Source: Oscillospiraceae bacterium
GTDB lineage: Bacteria; Bacillota; Clostridia; Oscillospirales; Ruminococcaceae
Assembly (NCBI GenBank): GCA_017847875.1
Contig: JAGASN010000009.1
Location: 41,604 to 105,603 of the forward strand
DNA: 64,000 nucleotides
Direction of reading: 5' to 3'
This document shows, one piece after another, positions 1 through 10,013 of this stretch (position 1 is its first letter; the number at the start of each line of letters is the position of its first letter). A program made the translations under genes and the position numbers. The notes beneath the pieces are model-generated. The model made no database searches and had not been told where the DNA came from. It saw only the letters and a list, made by a program, of their open reading frames with translations.

Positions 1-67
1 AGGAAACCATAATTTTTAACCATAAAAAATATTGACTGAAAAAACCTTTTTTGGGAGGTGAATAAGA

Positions 68-1309
68 ATGAACAGATTGGTCGGGGAATATAAGGAAGAT
101 TTTTTTGAAGTAAAAAAATATATCGAAAAATTTTCCGCAAAAGGAAGCGAACAGGACGAAGCTTTTGAAAGCCTTCTGACGATTTATCTTGAAGCACAGG
201 AAAACGAAACTCCCGTTTCTGAAATCCACGAAGTTTCCGCGAAAGATTACGCAAGGGAAATTGCGGAAGTTCTTCCGCAGAAAAAGCGCTTTGACTTAAG
301 AAAAATTTTCAGAATTGCGGTTTTGACGGCGTTTTTTATCGGGTTTGGAATTTTTGTCCTTTTCAATATGAGCGAGGAACACCATCTCGAAGTTCACGGA
401 TTGGGACATGTTTTTATAAGTCCGAATGAATATTCGGTGGAAGTTAAGGAACTTCAGAAGCAGGCAATCGTTTCTTTTGATGAAGAATATAACCAGAAAT
501 TTGAATCTTCGCTGAAATCAGAGATTTATCAGACCGAAAACGGAATTACAAGCAAGGGCTTTATTAAAAACAACGGAATCTCCGCAGATAAAATTATCAT
601 AAGCGAAGACGAAAACAGCGTTTTTATAGAAATGCGCGCGGAAAGAACTTTTGATGAATTCGGAAAGGAACAGATTGTTTCTCCAGTTTTCCCGGAACAC
701 AAATCTTCTGAACAAAAACTTAAAAGGGGATATATGACCCATTTCAGAACCGATGGGGTTACAATAAAAGCCGGAGAAAGATATTATGAAGGCGTAATAA
801 GAGATATTTATATCAACAAAAAAGGCGAAATCAGCTTTACCGTAAAAACCGAATTTCACAGAGGAACCGATAATAAAATTTCCGGATATCTTTCCGAAGG
901 AAACCCGCTTGAACTTTATTTCGGCTCCGCCTGTTCGATAAAATGGGAAAGAACGGCAAAAACTCCCGCTTTTTCACCGGATAATTTTTCCTTCGCAAAG
1001 GAATTTTATCCGGAATATCGCATGGTGATCCTTCAGAAAACAACTTCCGACGGAAGAATAACTTCAATGTTCGAGGTTTTTGTGAATTCCGAAAACGAAA
1101 TTGTTGATAGCGAAAGCTGGTCGATAAATAAATGGGAAGATGGTTCCGGCGTTGAAAAAACGATTAACAATTTTGATAACAAAACCGTTTCCGACGACAG
1201 AAAAAACCTTTTTGTGGATTTGAAATATGAACTTGAGTCCGGAGAAATCGTTGAGGAAACCCTTGTGCTTGGACTTGAGGATGCAAAATATTCTTTCGAC
1301 AGGGAATGA
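68..1309 (+). CDS. hypothetical single-pass membrane protein
   Basis: 413-aa ORF with GGAGGTG 7 nt upstream of the ATG. One hydrophobic segment (IFRIAVLTAFFIGFGIFVLF) separates a helical N-terminal part from a large C-terminal domain. A terminator follows. No family recognised by eye. Confidence 0.55.
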   Translation: MNRLVGEYKEDFFEVKKYIEKFSAKGSEQDEAFESLLTIYLEAQENETPVSEIHEVSAKDYAREIAEVLPQKKRFDLRKIFRIAVLTAFFIGFGIFVLFNMSEEHHLEVHGLGHVFISPNEYSVEVKELQKQAIVSFDEEYNQKFESSLKSEIYQTENGITSKGFIKNNGISADKIIISEDENSVFIEMRAERTFDEFGKEQIVSPVFPEHKSSEQKLKRGYMTHFRTDGVTIKAGERYYEGVIRDIYINKKGEISFTVKTEFHRGTDNKISGYLSEGNPLELYFGSACSIKWERTAKTPAFSPDNFSFAKEFYPEYRMVILQKTTSDGRITSMFEVFVNSENEIVDSESWSINKWEDGSGVEKTINNFDNKTVSDDRKNLFVDLKYELESGEIVEETLVLGLEDAKYSFDRE

Positions 1310-1318
1310 TAAAAAGCG

Positions 1319-1349
1319 AAAAGCCGCCTTCGGCGGCTTTTCTTTTTTT
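1319..1349 (+). terminator. rho-independent terminator
   Basis: AAGCCGCC-TTCG-GGCGGCTT hairpin followed by a T-run, directly after the stop of the preceding ORF. Confidence 0.8.
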
Positions 1350-1419
1350 GCTGTTGTTGAAAAATTCATAAATATATAATATAATATTTAATTAGCCTAT
1401 TATAACCGGAGGTAAACCA

Positions 1420-3606
1420 ATGGCTTTTTCATACGAAAATCTTAACCCGCGCCAGATCGAGGCAGTTAACCATAAGGAAGGTCCTCTTCTTGTTCTTGCC
1501 GGCGCAGGAAGCGGAAAAACAACCGTTCTTATCGCAAGGGTCGCGAAGCTTATTGAAAGCGGGATCCGCCCTTGGAACATTCTTACCATAACTTTTACGA
1601 ACAAAGCGGCGGATGAACTTAAAAACCGCCTTGTAACAAAGCTTGGAACAGAAGCGGCGGACGTTTTTGCCTCAACTTTCCACAGCATGTGCGTAAGGAT
1701 TTTGCGCCGGGATGCAGAAGCCATTGACCTTCCGAAAAGCTTCACCATCTATGATACCGACGACAGCCTTCGCGTTATAAAAAAATGCCTCAAAAACCTC
1801 AATATGGAGGAAAAACAGTTTCCGCCGAAACCTTTGCTCGGCGCAATAAGCCACGCAAAGGAACGCCTTGAAGATCCGCAGGATATGGCGGACCTTGCGG
1901 ACAGAAACGGCGATTACAGAATGAAAGTCACCGCAAAAGTCTATTCGGCATATCAGAAGGAACTCCACGAAGCGGGAGCTTTGGATTTTGACGATCTTCT
2001 TTGTGAAACCGTCCGCCTTTTCCGCACAAAGCCGGAAGTTCTTGAATATTACCAGAACCGCTGGCAATATATCATGGTGGACGAATATCAGGACACCAAC
2101 CACGTTCAGTATATGCTTGTCGCAATGCTTGCGCAGAAGAACAAAAACCTTTGCGTGGTGGGTGATGACGACCAGTCAATTTATAAATTCCGCGGCGCCA
2201 CCATTGAAAATATCCTTTCCTTCGAACGCCAGTTCCCGGGGGCAAAAGTTGTCCGCCTTGAGCAGAACTATCGCTCCACCCAGAACATTCTTTCCGCCGC
2301 AAACAGGGTTATTGAGCACAACACCGAGCGAAAAGGAAAAAACCTTTGGACTTCCAACGGCGACGGAAGCAAAATTACCATTCGCCGCTGTGTTGATGAG
2401 GACAGAGAAGCGGAATTTATCGCGGATAAAGTGCTTGACGGAATTTCAAAAGGCGCGAATTACAGCGATTTTGCCGTTCTTTACAGAATGCATGCTCAGT
2501 CCGCAAGTCTTGAGCGAACTTTTATGAGAGCGGGCGTTCCCTATAAAATCATCGGCGGGCTTCGCTTTTATGAACGCAAGGAAATCAAGGATATGCTTGC
2601 ATATATGTCCGTAATCGCGAACCCGGCGGATAATCTTCGCCTTGAGCGAATCATCAACGAACCAAAGCGCGGAATAGGCGCAACGACCCTTGCAGCCGCC
2701 GAGCACATCTCCGACGTTACCGGACTCAGCCTTTTCGAGGTTTTTGAGCACGCGGACGAATATATCGACCTTATGAAACGCAGCGCCGTGCTCAAAGGTT
2801 TCACCGATATGATAAAAGAGCTTTCGGAAATTGCGGAAGATTTTGATGCGGAAGAGTTTTTTGATGCCCTTTGCGAAAAAACCGGATACACCGAAATGCT
2901 CCGTGCTCAGGGTTTGGAAGGTGAAACCCGCCTTGAGAACATCGGCGAACTTAAAACCAACATGATGAAATATCAGGAAGCTTCCGAAAACGCCGAGCTT
3001 TCCGGTTTTCTCGAAGAAGTTGCGCTTTATACAGACCTCGACAGGCTTGAGGAAAGCGATTCCGTTCTGATGATGACTCTCCATTCCGCAAAAGGTCTTG
3101 AATTTGAAAACGTCTTTATAATCGGTGCGGAGGAAGGGGTTTTCCCCGGAATGCAGGCGATTTACGATATGACGGAAATGGAAGAGGAACGCCGCCTTGC
3201 TTATGTCGGAATCACAAGGGCGAAGAAAAATCTTTATTTGACCGCCGCCGCAAGCCGAATGATTTTCGGCCAGACAAGCCACAACCGCCTTTCCCGTTTT
3301 GCGGAAGAAATTCCGGAAGAATATAAGGATTTCTTCGACGAAAGCGAAAGCAGAAGAAAATCCATAAGCTATCATTTTGAGGAAGATTCCGCCGGAAAAG
3401 TTCATATTGAAAAAACTTTTACCGAAGCTCCGAAAACCGAAAACGTAAGTTATCGCCCGGGCGATTCGGTTATACATAAAGTTTTCGGAAAGGGAATGGT
3501 CGTTTCCGCAAAACCCATGAGCGGCGACACCCTTTTGGAAATTGCCTTTGAAAAAGTCGGCACAAAAAAACTTATGGCGAATTTTGCAAAGCTTAAAAAG
3601 GAATAA
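1420..3606 (+). CDS. pcrA: ATP-dependent DNA helicase PcrA (UvrD/Rep superfamily 1)
   Basis: 728 aa. Walker A AGAGSGKTTVL, motif II DEYQDTN, TLHSAKGLEFENVFI and VGITRAKKNLYL. Confidence 0.93.
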   Translation: MAFSYENLNPRQIEAVNHKEGPLLVLAGAGSGKTTVLIARVAKLIESGIRPWNILTITFTNKAADELKNRLVTKLGTEAADVFASTFHSMCVRILRRDAEAIDLPKSFTIYDTDDSLRVIKKCLKNLNMEEKQFPPKPLLGAISHAKERLEDPQDMADLADRNGDYRMKVTAKVYSAYQKELHEAGALDFDDLLCETVRLFRTKPEVLEYYQNRWQYIMVDEYQDTNHVQYMLVAMLAQKNKNLCVVGDDDQSIYKFRGATIENILSFERQFPGAKVVRLEQNYRSTQNILSAANRVIEHNTERKGKNLWTSNGDGSKITIRRCVDEDREAEFIADKVLDGISKGANYSDFAVLYRMHAQSASLERTFMRAGVPYKIIGGLRFYERKEIKDMLAYMSVIANPADNLRLERIINEPKRGIGATTLAAAEHISDVTGLSLFEVFEHADEYIDLMKRSAVLKGFTDMIKELSEIAEDFDAEEFFDALCEKTGYTEMLRAQGLEGETRLENIGELKTNMMKYQEASENAELSGFLEEVALYTDLDRLEESDSVLMMTLHSAKGLEFENVFIIGAEEGVFPGMQAIYDMTEMEEERRLAYVGITRAKKNLYLTAAASRMIFGQTSHNRLSRFAEEIPEEYKDFFDESESRRKSISYHFEEDSAGKVHIEKTFTEAPKTENVSYRPGDSVIHKVFGKGMVVSAKPMSGDTLLEIAFEKVGTKKLMANFAKLKKE

Positions 3607-3614
3607 TAAAAATA

Positions 3615-4070
3615 GCCTCCCTTGCCTAAAGGGAGGTGGCATTTCCGCAAGGAAATGACGGAGGGATTCTTTTTTATTGAAATAAAGCATAATCCGAAAT
3701 TAACAGAAAATGCAAAAGAACTCCGAAAAAATATGACCAAAGAAGAAAAACATCTTTGGTACGATTTTCTGAAAGGATATCCCGTCCGTTTTCTTCGCCA
3801 GAAAATAATCGATGATTACATTGCCGATTTTTATTGCCACAGAGCAAGGCTTGTAATTGAACTTGACGGAAGTCAGCATTATACAAAGGACGGACTTTTG
3901 AAAGATAAAATCCGTACCGAGCATATTGAAAAACGTAATTTGACCGTTTTGAGAATTCCAAACGGTGAGATAAATCATAATTTTGAGGGAATCTGCAGAT
4001 TCATCGATGAATTTGTGAAGGAATCCCTCCGTCAGCCTCCGGCTGACACCTCCCTTTAGGCAAGGGAGGC
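3615..4070 (+). mobile_element. DUF559-endonuclease cassette bounded by perfect 22-bp terminal inverted repeats and nested hairpins
   Basis: GCCTCCCTTGCCTAAAGGGAGG (3615-3636) is the exact reverse complement of CCTCCCTTTAGGCAAGGGAGGC (4049-4070). Inner inverted pair GGAGGGATTC (3660-3669) / GAATCCCTCC (4021-4030). Extra hairpins CATTTCC-GCAA-GGAAATG and GTCAGCC-TCC-GGCTGAC. Related end sequences recur five more times in the window. Confidence 0.6.
3622..4059 (+). CDS. DUF559 domain endonuclease-like protein (Vsr / restriction-endonuclease-like fold)
   Basis: Core AKELRKNMTKEEKHLWYDFLKGYPVRFLRQKIIDDYIADFYCHRARLVIELDGSQH is typical of DUF559. Both ORF ends run into the terminal repeats, and the stop TAG lies inside the right repeat. 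Start uncertain: TTG 3622, ATG 3655 or ATG 3733, none with a good RBS. Confidence 0.8.
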   Translation: MPKGRWHFRKEMTEGFFFIEIKHNPKLTENAKELRKNMTKEEKHLWYDFLKGYPVRFLRQKIIDDYIADFYCHRARLVIELDGSQHYTKDGLLKDKIRTEHIEKRNLTVLRIPNGEINHNFEGICRFIDEFVKESLRQPPADTSL

Positions 4071-4089
4071 TTTTGAAGGAGGAACAAAT

Positions 4090-4983
4090 TTGAAACGAAT
4101 TTTACTTACGGCGGAAGAAGCTGCCCTTGAATCTTCCGAAAGTTCCGCAGGAACGGAAAAGCTTGATGCTTTTCTCGATACCCTTGAAAAAATGGAACCT
4201 TCCGAAATAATCACAAAATACGGCGAAAAAGTACTTTGGGCACTTATAACCGTTGTGATAGGCGCAATTCTGGTGCGCTGGGTGCTTAAAATAATAATGC
4301 GCCACGTTGAAAAAAGCGAACTTGCCGCAGGCGCCACAAAATTTATTCACGGAATAGTCGCTTTTCTGCTTTATTTTATTGTAATTCTTACGGCGGCAAA
4401 CGTTCTTGGAATTCCGGTAACTTCCGTTCTTGCGATTTTCAGCGTATTCACCCTTGCTTTTTCCCTTGCGATAAAGGATATAATCGCTCTTTTTGCAAGC
4501 GGAATCACAATTCTTTTTTCAAAACCCTTTGCCGCGGGAGATTTTGTTGAAATTCCGGAAGAAGGCGTTTCCGGATTTGTTTCCGAAGTCGGACTTATCC
4601 ACACCCACCTTTTCACTGCGGATAATAAGGAAATCATAATTCCGAACAGCATTGTTGCCGGCGATACCCTTATAAATTACAGCAAAATAGGTCTTCGCCG
4701 ACTCGATTCGGTATATTCCATAGGCTACGGCGAAGATTTTGAAAAAGCAAAGGAGATAATCCGCGAGGTTGTTGAAGCAGAACCCCTTGTTGAAAAGGAA
4801 AAAGATGTTTTCATAATGGTCACCGCGCTCGGACCAAGCAGCGTTGATATAGTCTGCAAGGTTTACGTAAAATGGGACAGCTATGAAACCCTTCGTTGCC
4901 GCCTTAATGAAAACATAAAACTTGCTTTTGATAAAAACGGAATAGAAATTCCTTACAGCCAGATGGATATTCATATGAAATAA
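4090..4983 (+). CDS. mechanosensitive ion channel family protein (MscS-like)
   Basis: 297 aa with a TTG start after GAAGGAGG. Three TM helices followed by the MscS beta-domain signature (PFAAGDFVEIPEEGVSGFVSEVGLIHTHLFTADNKEIIIPNS). Confidence 0.85.
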   Translation: MKRILLTAEEAALESSESSAGTEKLDAFLDTLEKMEPSEIITKYGEKVLWALITVVIGAILVRWVLKIIMRHVEKSELAAGATKFIHGIVAFLLYFIVILTAANVLGIPVTSVLAIFSVFTLAFSLAIKDIIALFASGITILFSKPFAAGDFVEIPEEGVSGFVSEVGLIHTHLFTADNKEIIIPNSIVAGDTLINYSKIGLRRLDSVYSIGYGEDFEKAKEIIREVVEAEPLVEKEKDVFIMVTALGPSSVDIVCKVYVKWDSYETLRCRLNENIKLAFDKNGIEIPYSQMDIHMK

Positions 4984-4995
4984 AAGGAGAACAAA

Positions 4996-6273
4996 ATGCA
5001 GGGAAAACTCGTAAGAAAAAAGATTGGCGAAAGTGCTTTTATGAATTCGGTCACCGAACCGAAATTCAAATCCGACAGGATAAGCCTTTGCCTTGTTACC
5101 CCCATTGAAAAAGAAACCGCAACGGTCAATGCCCTTGTGCCTTTTGTTTTGAGAAAAGGCTGCAAAAGCTGCCCGGATTTCACAAAGCTTAACCAAAAAC
5201 TCGCGGAAATGTACGGAGCTATCCTTGATGCGGACGTTGCGAAACACGGTGATAAACAGATTATCGAGGTTTCAATTCAGTTTACCGATGACCGCTATGC
5301 AATAGGCGGCGAAAATATGACCGAAACCGCCGCAAAACTCCTTTCCGACCTTGTTTTTGAACCGAATTTTGATGAAAACGGCCATTTTCCGGAAATCGAC
5401 CTTGAACTCGAAAGAGAATTTCTCATAGATACTATCGAAAGTGACCTTAACGATAAAAGAGTTTATGCAATAGGAAAAGCCCTTGGTCTTGTTTTTGAAA
5501 ACGAACCTTTCGGCGTAAAACGCTACGGTTATGTCGAGGACGCAAAGGCTATAACAGCGGACAGCCTTTCGGAAACCTGGAAAAACCTTGTTGAAACTTC
5601 GAGAATCGAAATTTTCTTTGCCGGTCCCGGAGATTCCGGAATTGCGGAAAAAGTTTTTGAAAAAAGAATTTCCGCCCTTGAAAGAAAACCGGTTTCTTCC
5701 GAACCTTTTGAAATTGTTGATTATTCTCCTTTTAAGGAAGCGGAAGAAACAATGAATATCGTCCAGGGAAAACTTGTTATGGTTTTCCGGATGGGCGCAC
5801 CGAAAACGGAAAAGGAAAAGAATGCCGCAAGGGTCCTTTCCGCTCTCTATGGCGGAACCGCTTTTTCAAAACTCTTTATGAACGTCCGCGAAAAAATGAG
5901 CCTTTGCTACTATGCGGATTCCCATTTTGAACGCGGAAGCGGAATTATGATAGTGGATTGCGGAATCGAATTCGAAAACCGCGAAAAAGCGCAGAAAGAA
6001 ATAATCAACCAGCTTGAACTTGTTGCAAAAGGCGAATTCACCGATGAGGAATTTGCGGATACAAAAGGTGCGATTCTTAACAGCCTTGGTTCCGTCGGCG
6101 ATACCCTTTATTCCGTTGAAGGCTGGTATATGAGCGGAATTGTTGAAGAAAACATCATCACTCCCGAAGAGGACAAAAAAGCAATTGAAGCCGTTACAAA
6201 AGAAGAGGTTATGAAAGCTGCGGAAAAAGCAAAGCTTGCGGCGGTTTTCTTCCTTAAAGGAGGCGAAAACTAA
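4996..6273 (+). CDS. M16 (pitrilysin/insulinase) family peptidase, non-catalytic partner
   Basis: 425 aa with an insulinase-like layout but no HxxEH motif. Its stop overlaps the start of the next M16 gene (TAATG). Confidence 0.75.
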   Translation: MQGKLVRKKIGESAFMNSVTEPKFKSDRISLCLVTPIEKETATVNALVPFVLRKGCKSCPDFTKLNQKLAEMYGAILDADVAKHGDKQIIEVSIQFTDDRYAIGGENMTETAAKLLSDLVFEPNFDENGHFPEIDLELEREFLIDTIESDLNDKRVYAIGKALGLVFENEPFGVKRYGYVEDAKAITADSLSETWKNLVETSRIEIFFAGPGDSGIAEKVFEKRISALERKPVSSEPFEIVDYSPFKEAEETMNIVQGKLVMVFRMGAPKTEKEKNAARVLSALYGGTAFSKLFMNVREKMSLCYYADSHFERGSGIMIVDCGIEFENREKAQKEIINQLELVAKGEFTDEEFADTKGAILNSLGSVGDTLYSVEGWYMSGIVEENIITPEEDKKAIEAVTKEEVMKAAEKAKLAAVFFLKGGEN

Positions 6274-7550
6274 TGAGCCTTGAAATGAAAAAAATCGAAA
6301 GCAAACGCCTGGGCGATTGCTATTATAAGGTTGAACACCCGAGCGGTCTGACTATTCTTATGGCGCCGATGAAAGGTTTTTCAACCGCTTACGCAATGTT
6401 CGGAACCGCCTATGGCTCCATAGATACCTGCATAAAAACAGCCGAAAACGGCGAGTTCAGAAAACTTCCGGAAGGAATTGCCCATTATCTTGAACACAAG
6501 CTTTTTGAAAGCGAGGAATGTTCCGCTTTTGGACGTTACGCAAAAACCGGAGCAAACGCAAACGCTTTCACCGCTTTTGACAGAACCGCATATCTTTTCG
6601 CCTGTTCCGATAAATTTGAGGAAAGCATTGAAATTCTTCTGGATTTTGTTACCCACCCATATTTCACCCCCGAAACCGTTGCGAAAGAGCAGGGAATAAT
6701 CGGTCAGGAAATCAGAATGTATGACGATTCCGCGGATTGGAGAGTGCTCTTCAATCTTCTCGGCGCGCTCTATCATAAAAATCCGGTAAAAATCGATATT
6801 GCCGGAACGGTTGAATCCATTGCGGAAATAACTTCCGACCTGCTTTATGATTGCTATAACACCTTCTATAATCTCCACAACATGGTTTTAACCGTTGCGG
6901 GAAATTTTGATATGGATTCGGTGCTCAAAGCGGCGGATAAGGTGCTCAAACCTGCGGAAGAATTTTATCTTGAGCGGGCAGTTTGTGATGAGCCGGATGA
7001 AGTTGTCCAAAATTACGTTGAACAGCACCTTCCGGTTTCCGTTCCGATGTTCAACATCGGTTTTAAAGGAAAAACCGGAACCGAAGCGGAAAACTTCCGC
7101 GGAAGCATTCTTGATGAAATCTTTGTCGGGGCGCTCTGTGATGATTATACAAAGGTTTACCGCGAACTTTATGACGAAGGAATCATTAACGCAACCTTCG
7201 GAAGCGAAGTTTTCTGCGGAAGAGATTATATTTCAATCTTCCTTTCCGGCGAAAGCCGCGAACCGGAAAAGGTTTATAACCGCCTTAAGGAGGAATTTGA
7301 GCATCTTCTTGAGCACGGAATTCCAAAGGACGTTTTTGCCTGTGCTCAAAGATCCGTTTACGGACATTATATGCGTTCTTCCGAAAGAGTAACCGGCGTT
7401 GCCACAACTCTTTTCAACTGCCATTTCCCGGGAGTGGATATGTACGAACTTCTGGAAATTGCAGCGAACGCAACGCCCGAAAGTGTTATCGAAAGAGTAA
7501 AATCCACCTATTGTGCGGAAAATTCCGCCCTTTCGGTAATAAAACCCTGA
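6273..7550 (+). CDS. M16 family zinc peptidase, catalytic partner
   Basis: 425 aa with the inverted zinc motif HYLEH (HxxEH) near the N-terminus. Translationally coupled to the preceding paralog. Confidence 0.85.
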   Translation: MSLEMKKIESKRLGDCYYKVEHPSGLTILMAPMKGFSTAYAMFGTAYGSIDTCIKTAENGEFRKLPEGIAHYLEHKLFESEECSAFGRYAKTGANANAFTAFDRTAYLFACSDKFEESIEILLDFVTHPYFTPETVAKEQGIIGQEIRMYDDSADWRVLFNLLGALYHKNPVKIDIAGTVESIAEITSDLLYDCYNTFYNLHNMVLTVAGNFDMDSVLKAADKVLKPAEEFYLERAVCDEPDEVVQNYVEQHLPVSVPMFNIGFKGKTGTEAENFRGSILDEIFVGALCDDYTKVYRELYDEGIINATFGSEVFCGRDYISIFLSGESREPEKVYNRLKEEFEHLLEHGIPKDVFACAQRSVYGHYMRSSERVTGVATTLFNCHFPGVDMYELLEIAANATPESVIERVKSTYCAENSALSVIKP

Positions 7551-7571
7551 CGCAAAAGGAGGCATAATTTT

Positions 7572-8555
7572 ATGACAGATGTAATCAGTTTTCCCGGCCT
7601 GGGGCTTCAGTTTGAAGTAAGCCGTGTTGCTTTTTCAATCGGTTCGATAGATATTTACTGGTATGCAATTATTATTGCAACCGGTTTTATGCTTGCCCTT
7701 GCTTTCGCTTTCAAAAATTTTCCTAAATTCGGAATCGATCCGGACAGAGCCATCGACGTTGTTTTCTTTGCGATGATTTTCGGAATAATCGGCGCAAGGC
7801 TTTATTACGTTGCTTTCCAGTGGGATATGTATAAGGATAACCTTATGGAAATTCTCAATATCCGCGGAGGCGGACTTGGTTTTTACGGCGGAATAATCGG
7901 CGGAATAATCGGTCTTATAATCGGCTGTAAACTAAGAGGACAAAACATTCTCGCTTTTCTCGATGTTGCCGGCGGAGCGGTGCTCATCGGTCAGGGAATA
8001 GGACGCTGGGGAAACTTTGTTAACAGCGAAGCCTTCGGTTCGAACACAAATCTTCCCTGGGGAATGACCAGCCCGAAAATCGCCGCCTATATTGAAAGAC
8101 ATTCGGAGGAAGTTATGGGCGCCGTTATGGATCCGAACGTTCCGGTTCACCCGACCTTTTTCTATGAATCTCTCTGGTGCGCGATCGGACTTCTTGTTTT
8201 CTGTTACGTTATGAAAAAGCGGAAGTTCGACGGTCAGATGCTTCTTTTCTATCTCGGCTGGAACGGTTTCGGAAGAATGATCATCGAAGGACTCCGCACC
8301 GACAGCCTTATGATAGGTCCCTTCAGGATTTCCCAACTTCTGGGCGCTTTGATGTTCATCTTTGCGGTATGCGCTTTCGGAGTTGCAATAAAATTCCTTA
8401 AGTCTGAATTAAGACCGGAATGGCTCGGAATTTTTTCCGAAACAGAAAAAGGAAAGCTTGTTGCCGCCGGAAAATGGGATTATAAAAACAACTGCGAAAA
8501 AACTTCCGCAGAAAAAGAAGAAATGGGGGAAAACGAAGATGGCAACGATAATTGA
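7572..8555 (+). CDS. lgt: prolipoprotein diacylglyceryl transferase
   Basis: Polytopic membrane protein with GARLYYV, GGLGFYGG, GRWGNFVNSEAFG and GLRTDSL motifs. Carries an acidic C-terminal tail. Confidence 0.9.
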   Translation: MTDVISFPGLGLQFEVSRVAFSIGSIDIYWYAIIIATGFMLALAFAFKNFPKFGIDPDRAIDVVFFAMIFGIIGARLYYVAFQWDMYKDNLMEILNIRGGGLGFYGGIIGGIIGLIIGCKLRGQNILAFLDVAGGAVLIGQGIGRWGNFVNSEAFGSNTNLPWGMTSPKIAAYIERHSEEVMGAVMDPNVPVHPTFFYESLWCAIGLLVFCYVMKKRKFDGQMLLFYLGWNGFGRMIIEGLRTDSLMIGPFRISQLLGALMFIFAVCAFGVAIKFLKSELRPEWLGIFSETEKGKLVAAGKWDYKNNCEKTSAEKEEMGENEDGNDN

Positions 8556-9390
8556 CGGAAAGAAAATTGCGGCGGAAGTCCGCGCGGAACTTAAAGAAAA
8601 AATTGAAAAAATGGTCGCCGAAACAAAAAGAAGACCAGCTCTTGCGGTAATTCTTGTGGGCGAAGACCCTGCTTCAAAAGTTTATGTCCGCAACAAGGCA
8701 AAAGCCTGTGAGGAAATCGGCGTTGCAAGCGAAGTTGTAACTCTTGCGGCGGATATCACCCAGGAAATGCTTGAACATATCATAAATTCCTATGCCGCAA
8801 GAGTCGATATCGACGGAATTCTTGTTCAGATGCCGCTCCCGAAAGGTCTTGACGGAGAAAGAGCCCTTGCCTGCATCCCTGCGGAAAAGGACGTTGACGC
8901 TTTCCACCCGGAAAACGTGGGACATATTATGCGCGGCGATTATCGCTTTTTGTCTTGCACCCCTGCCGGAGTTATGGAACTTCTTCATCGCTACGGAATT
9001 TCTCCCGCCGGCAAAAAATGCGTCGTAATCGGAAGAAGCGATATCGTCGGAAAACCCATGGCGATGATGCTTCTCCACGAAAACGGAACGGTAGAAATCT
9101 GCCACAGCAAAACTCCGAACCTTGCGGAAGAAACCCGCAGTGCGGATATTCTTGTTGCCGCTGTCGGAAGACCGAAATTCGTAACCGCAGATATGGTAAA
9201 AGAAGGAGCGGTTGTTATCGATGTTGGCATCAACCGCGATGAAAACGGAAAACTTTGCGGCGACGTGGATTTTGAAAACGTCGAGCCGAAGGCAAGCTTC
9301 ATCACTCCCGTTCCCGGCGGAGTCGGTCCCATGACTGTTGCAATGCTTATGCAGAACACCGTTACCGCGGCGGAAAAAAAGATTAAATAA
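8539..9390 (+). CDS. folD: bifunctional methylenetetrahydrofolate dehydrogenase/cyclohydrolase
   Basis: MATIIDGKKIAAEVRAEL..., YVRNKAKACEEIG, GILVQMPLP, VVIGRSDIVGKPMA, TPVPGGVGPMTVAML. The internal ATG 8539 is chosen over the track start 8458. It overlaps the lgt 3' end by 17 nt. Confidence 0.92.
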   Translation: MATIIDGKKIAAEVRAELKEKIEKMVAETKRRPALAVILVGEDPASKVYVRNKAKACEEIGVASEVVTLAADITQEMLEHIINSYAARVDIDGILVQMPLPKGLDGERALACIPAEKDVDAFHPENVGHIMRGDYRFLSCTPAGVMELLHRYGISPAGKKCVVIGRSDIVGKPMAMMLLHENGTVEICHSKTPNLAEETRSADILVAAVGRPKFVTADMVKEGAVVIDVGINRDENGKLCGDVDFENVEPKASFITPVPGGVGPMTVAMLMQNTVTAAEKKIK

Positions 9391-9393
9391 AAC

Positions 9394-9422
9394 AAAAAAA
9401 CGCACCGAGCGGTGCGTTTTTT
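9394..9422. terminator. bidirectional rho-independent terminator
   Basis: CGCACC-GAGC-GGTGCG hairpin flanked by an A-run and a T-run, between convergent folD and the lipoprotein gene. Confidence 0.8.
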
Positions 9423-9428
9423 ATTTTA

Positions 9429-9932
9429 TCAGCCTTCTTCCGGCGGATAATCAAGGTTATAGCTTCCGTCCGGCCAAAAGTGGTAAATGTTCTGGATAAA
9501 TCCGTGAAGGTCATATTCCGCCTTTGTGTTGGGTTCAATTTTCATTTCGTCGGAAAACTGGATAAAAGGCATAACTTTAAATTCAGACCTGCCAACAAGG
9601 TCCTCGGGTTTAAGCTCGGCACCTTCGGTAATTTCAGGAACGCCGTTTTCATCATAGATTATAATCGTATGCGGCTGCATCCAGTCCGGATAATATCCGG
9701 CGGCGGTTATTTCTTCAAAGGTCATATATCCGCAATCTTTTGCAATTTCATCCGGAGTTTTTTCCGGTTCGGAAGGTTCTTCGGAAATTATTTCCGGTTC
9801 TTCGGGAACTTCCGGTTCGGAAGGCGTTTCAGCAGGGTTCTCCGGCTCCGGAGATTCTTCAATTTCGTTTCCGCAGGCGCAAAGCGCAAACGCAAGAACA
9901 AGCGCAAGCAGAATCGTCAGGAATTTTTTCAT
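9429..9932 (-). CDS. putative lipoprotein with acidic Pro/Glu-rich linker
   Basis: MKKFLTILLALVLAFALCACGNE gives a signal peptide plus lipobox Cys. The internal ATG 9932 is preferred over the track start 9956. Confidence 0.7.
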   Translation of the reverse strand: MKKFLTILLALVLAFALCACGNEIEESPEPENPAETPSEPEVPEEPEIISEEPSEPEKTPDEIAKDCGYMTFEEITAAGYYPDWMQPHTIIIYDENGVPEITEGAELKPEDLVGRSEFKVMPFIQFSDEMKIEPNTKAEYDLHGFIQNIYHFWPDGSYNLDYPPEEG

Positions 9933-10013
9933 AGCTTCAGCTCCTTTTTCTGTCATCTTTAATTATATAGTGTCGGAAAAGGAGGATTTTGTTGCAGTTA
10001 TTTTGAAAAAAAT

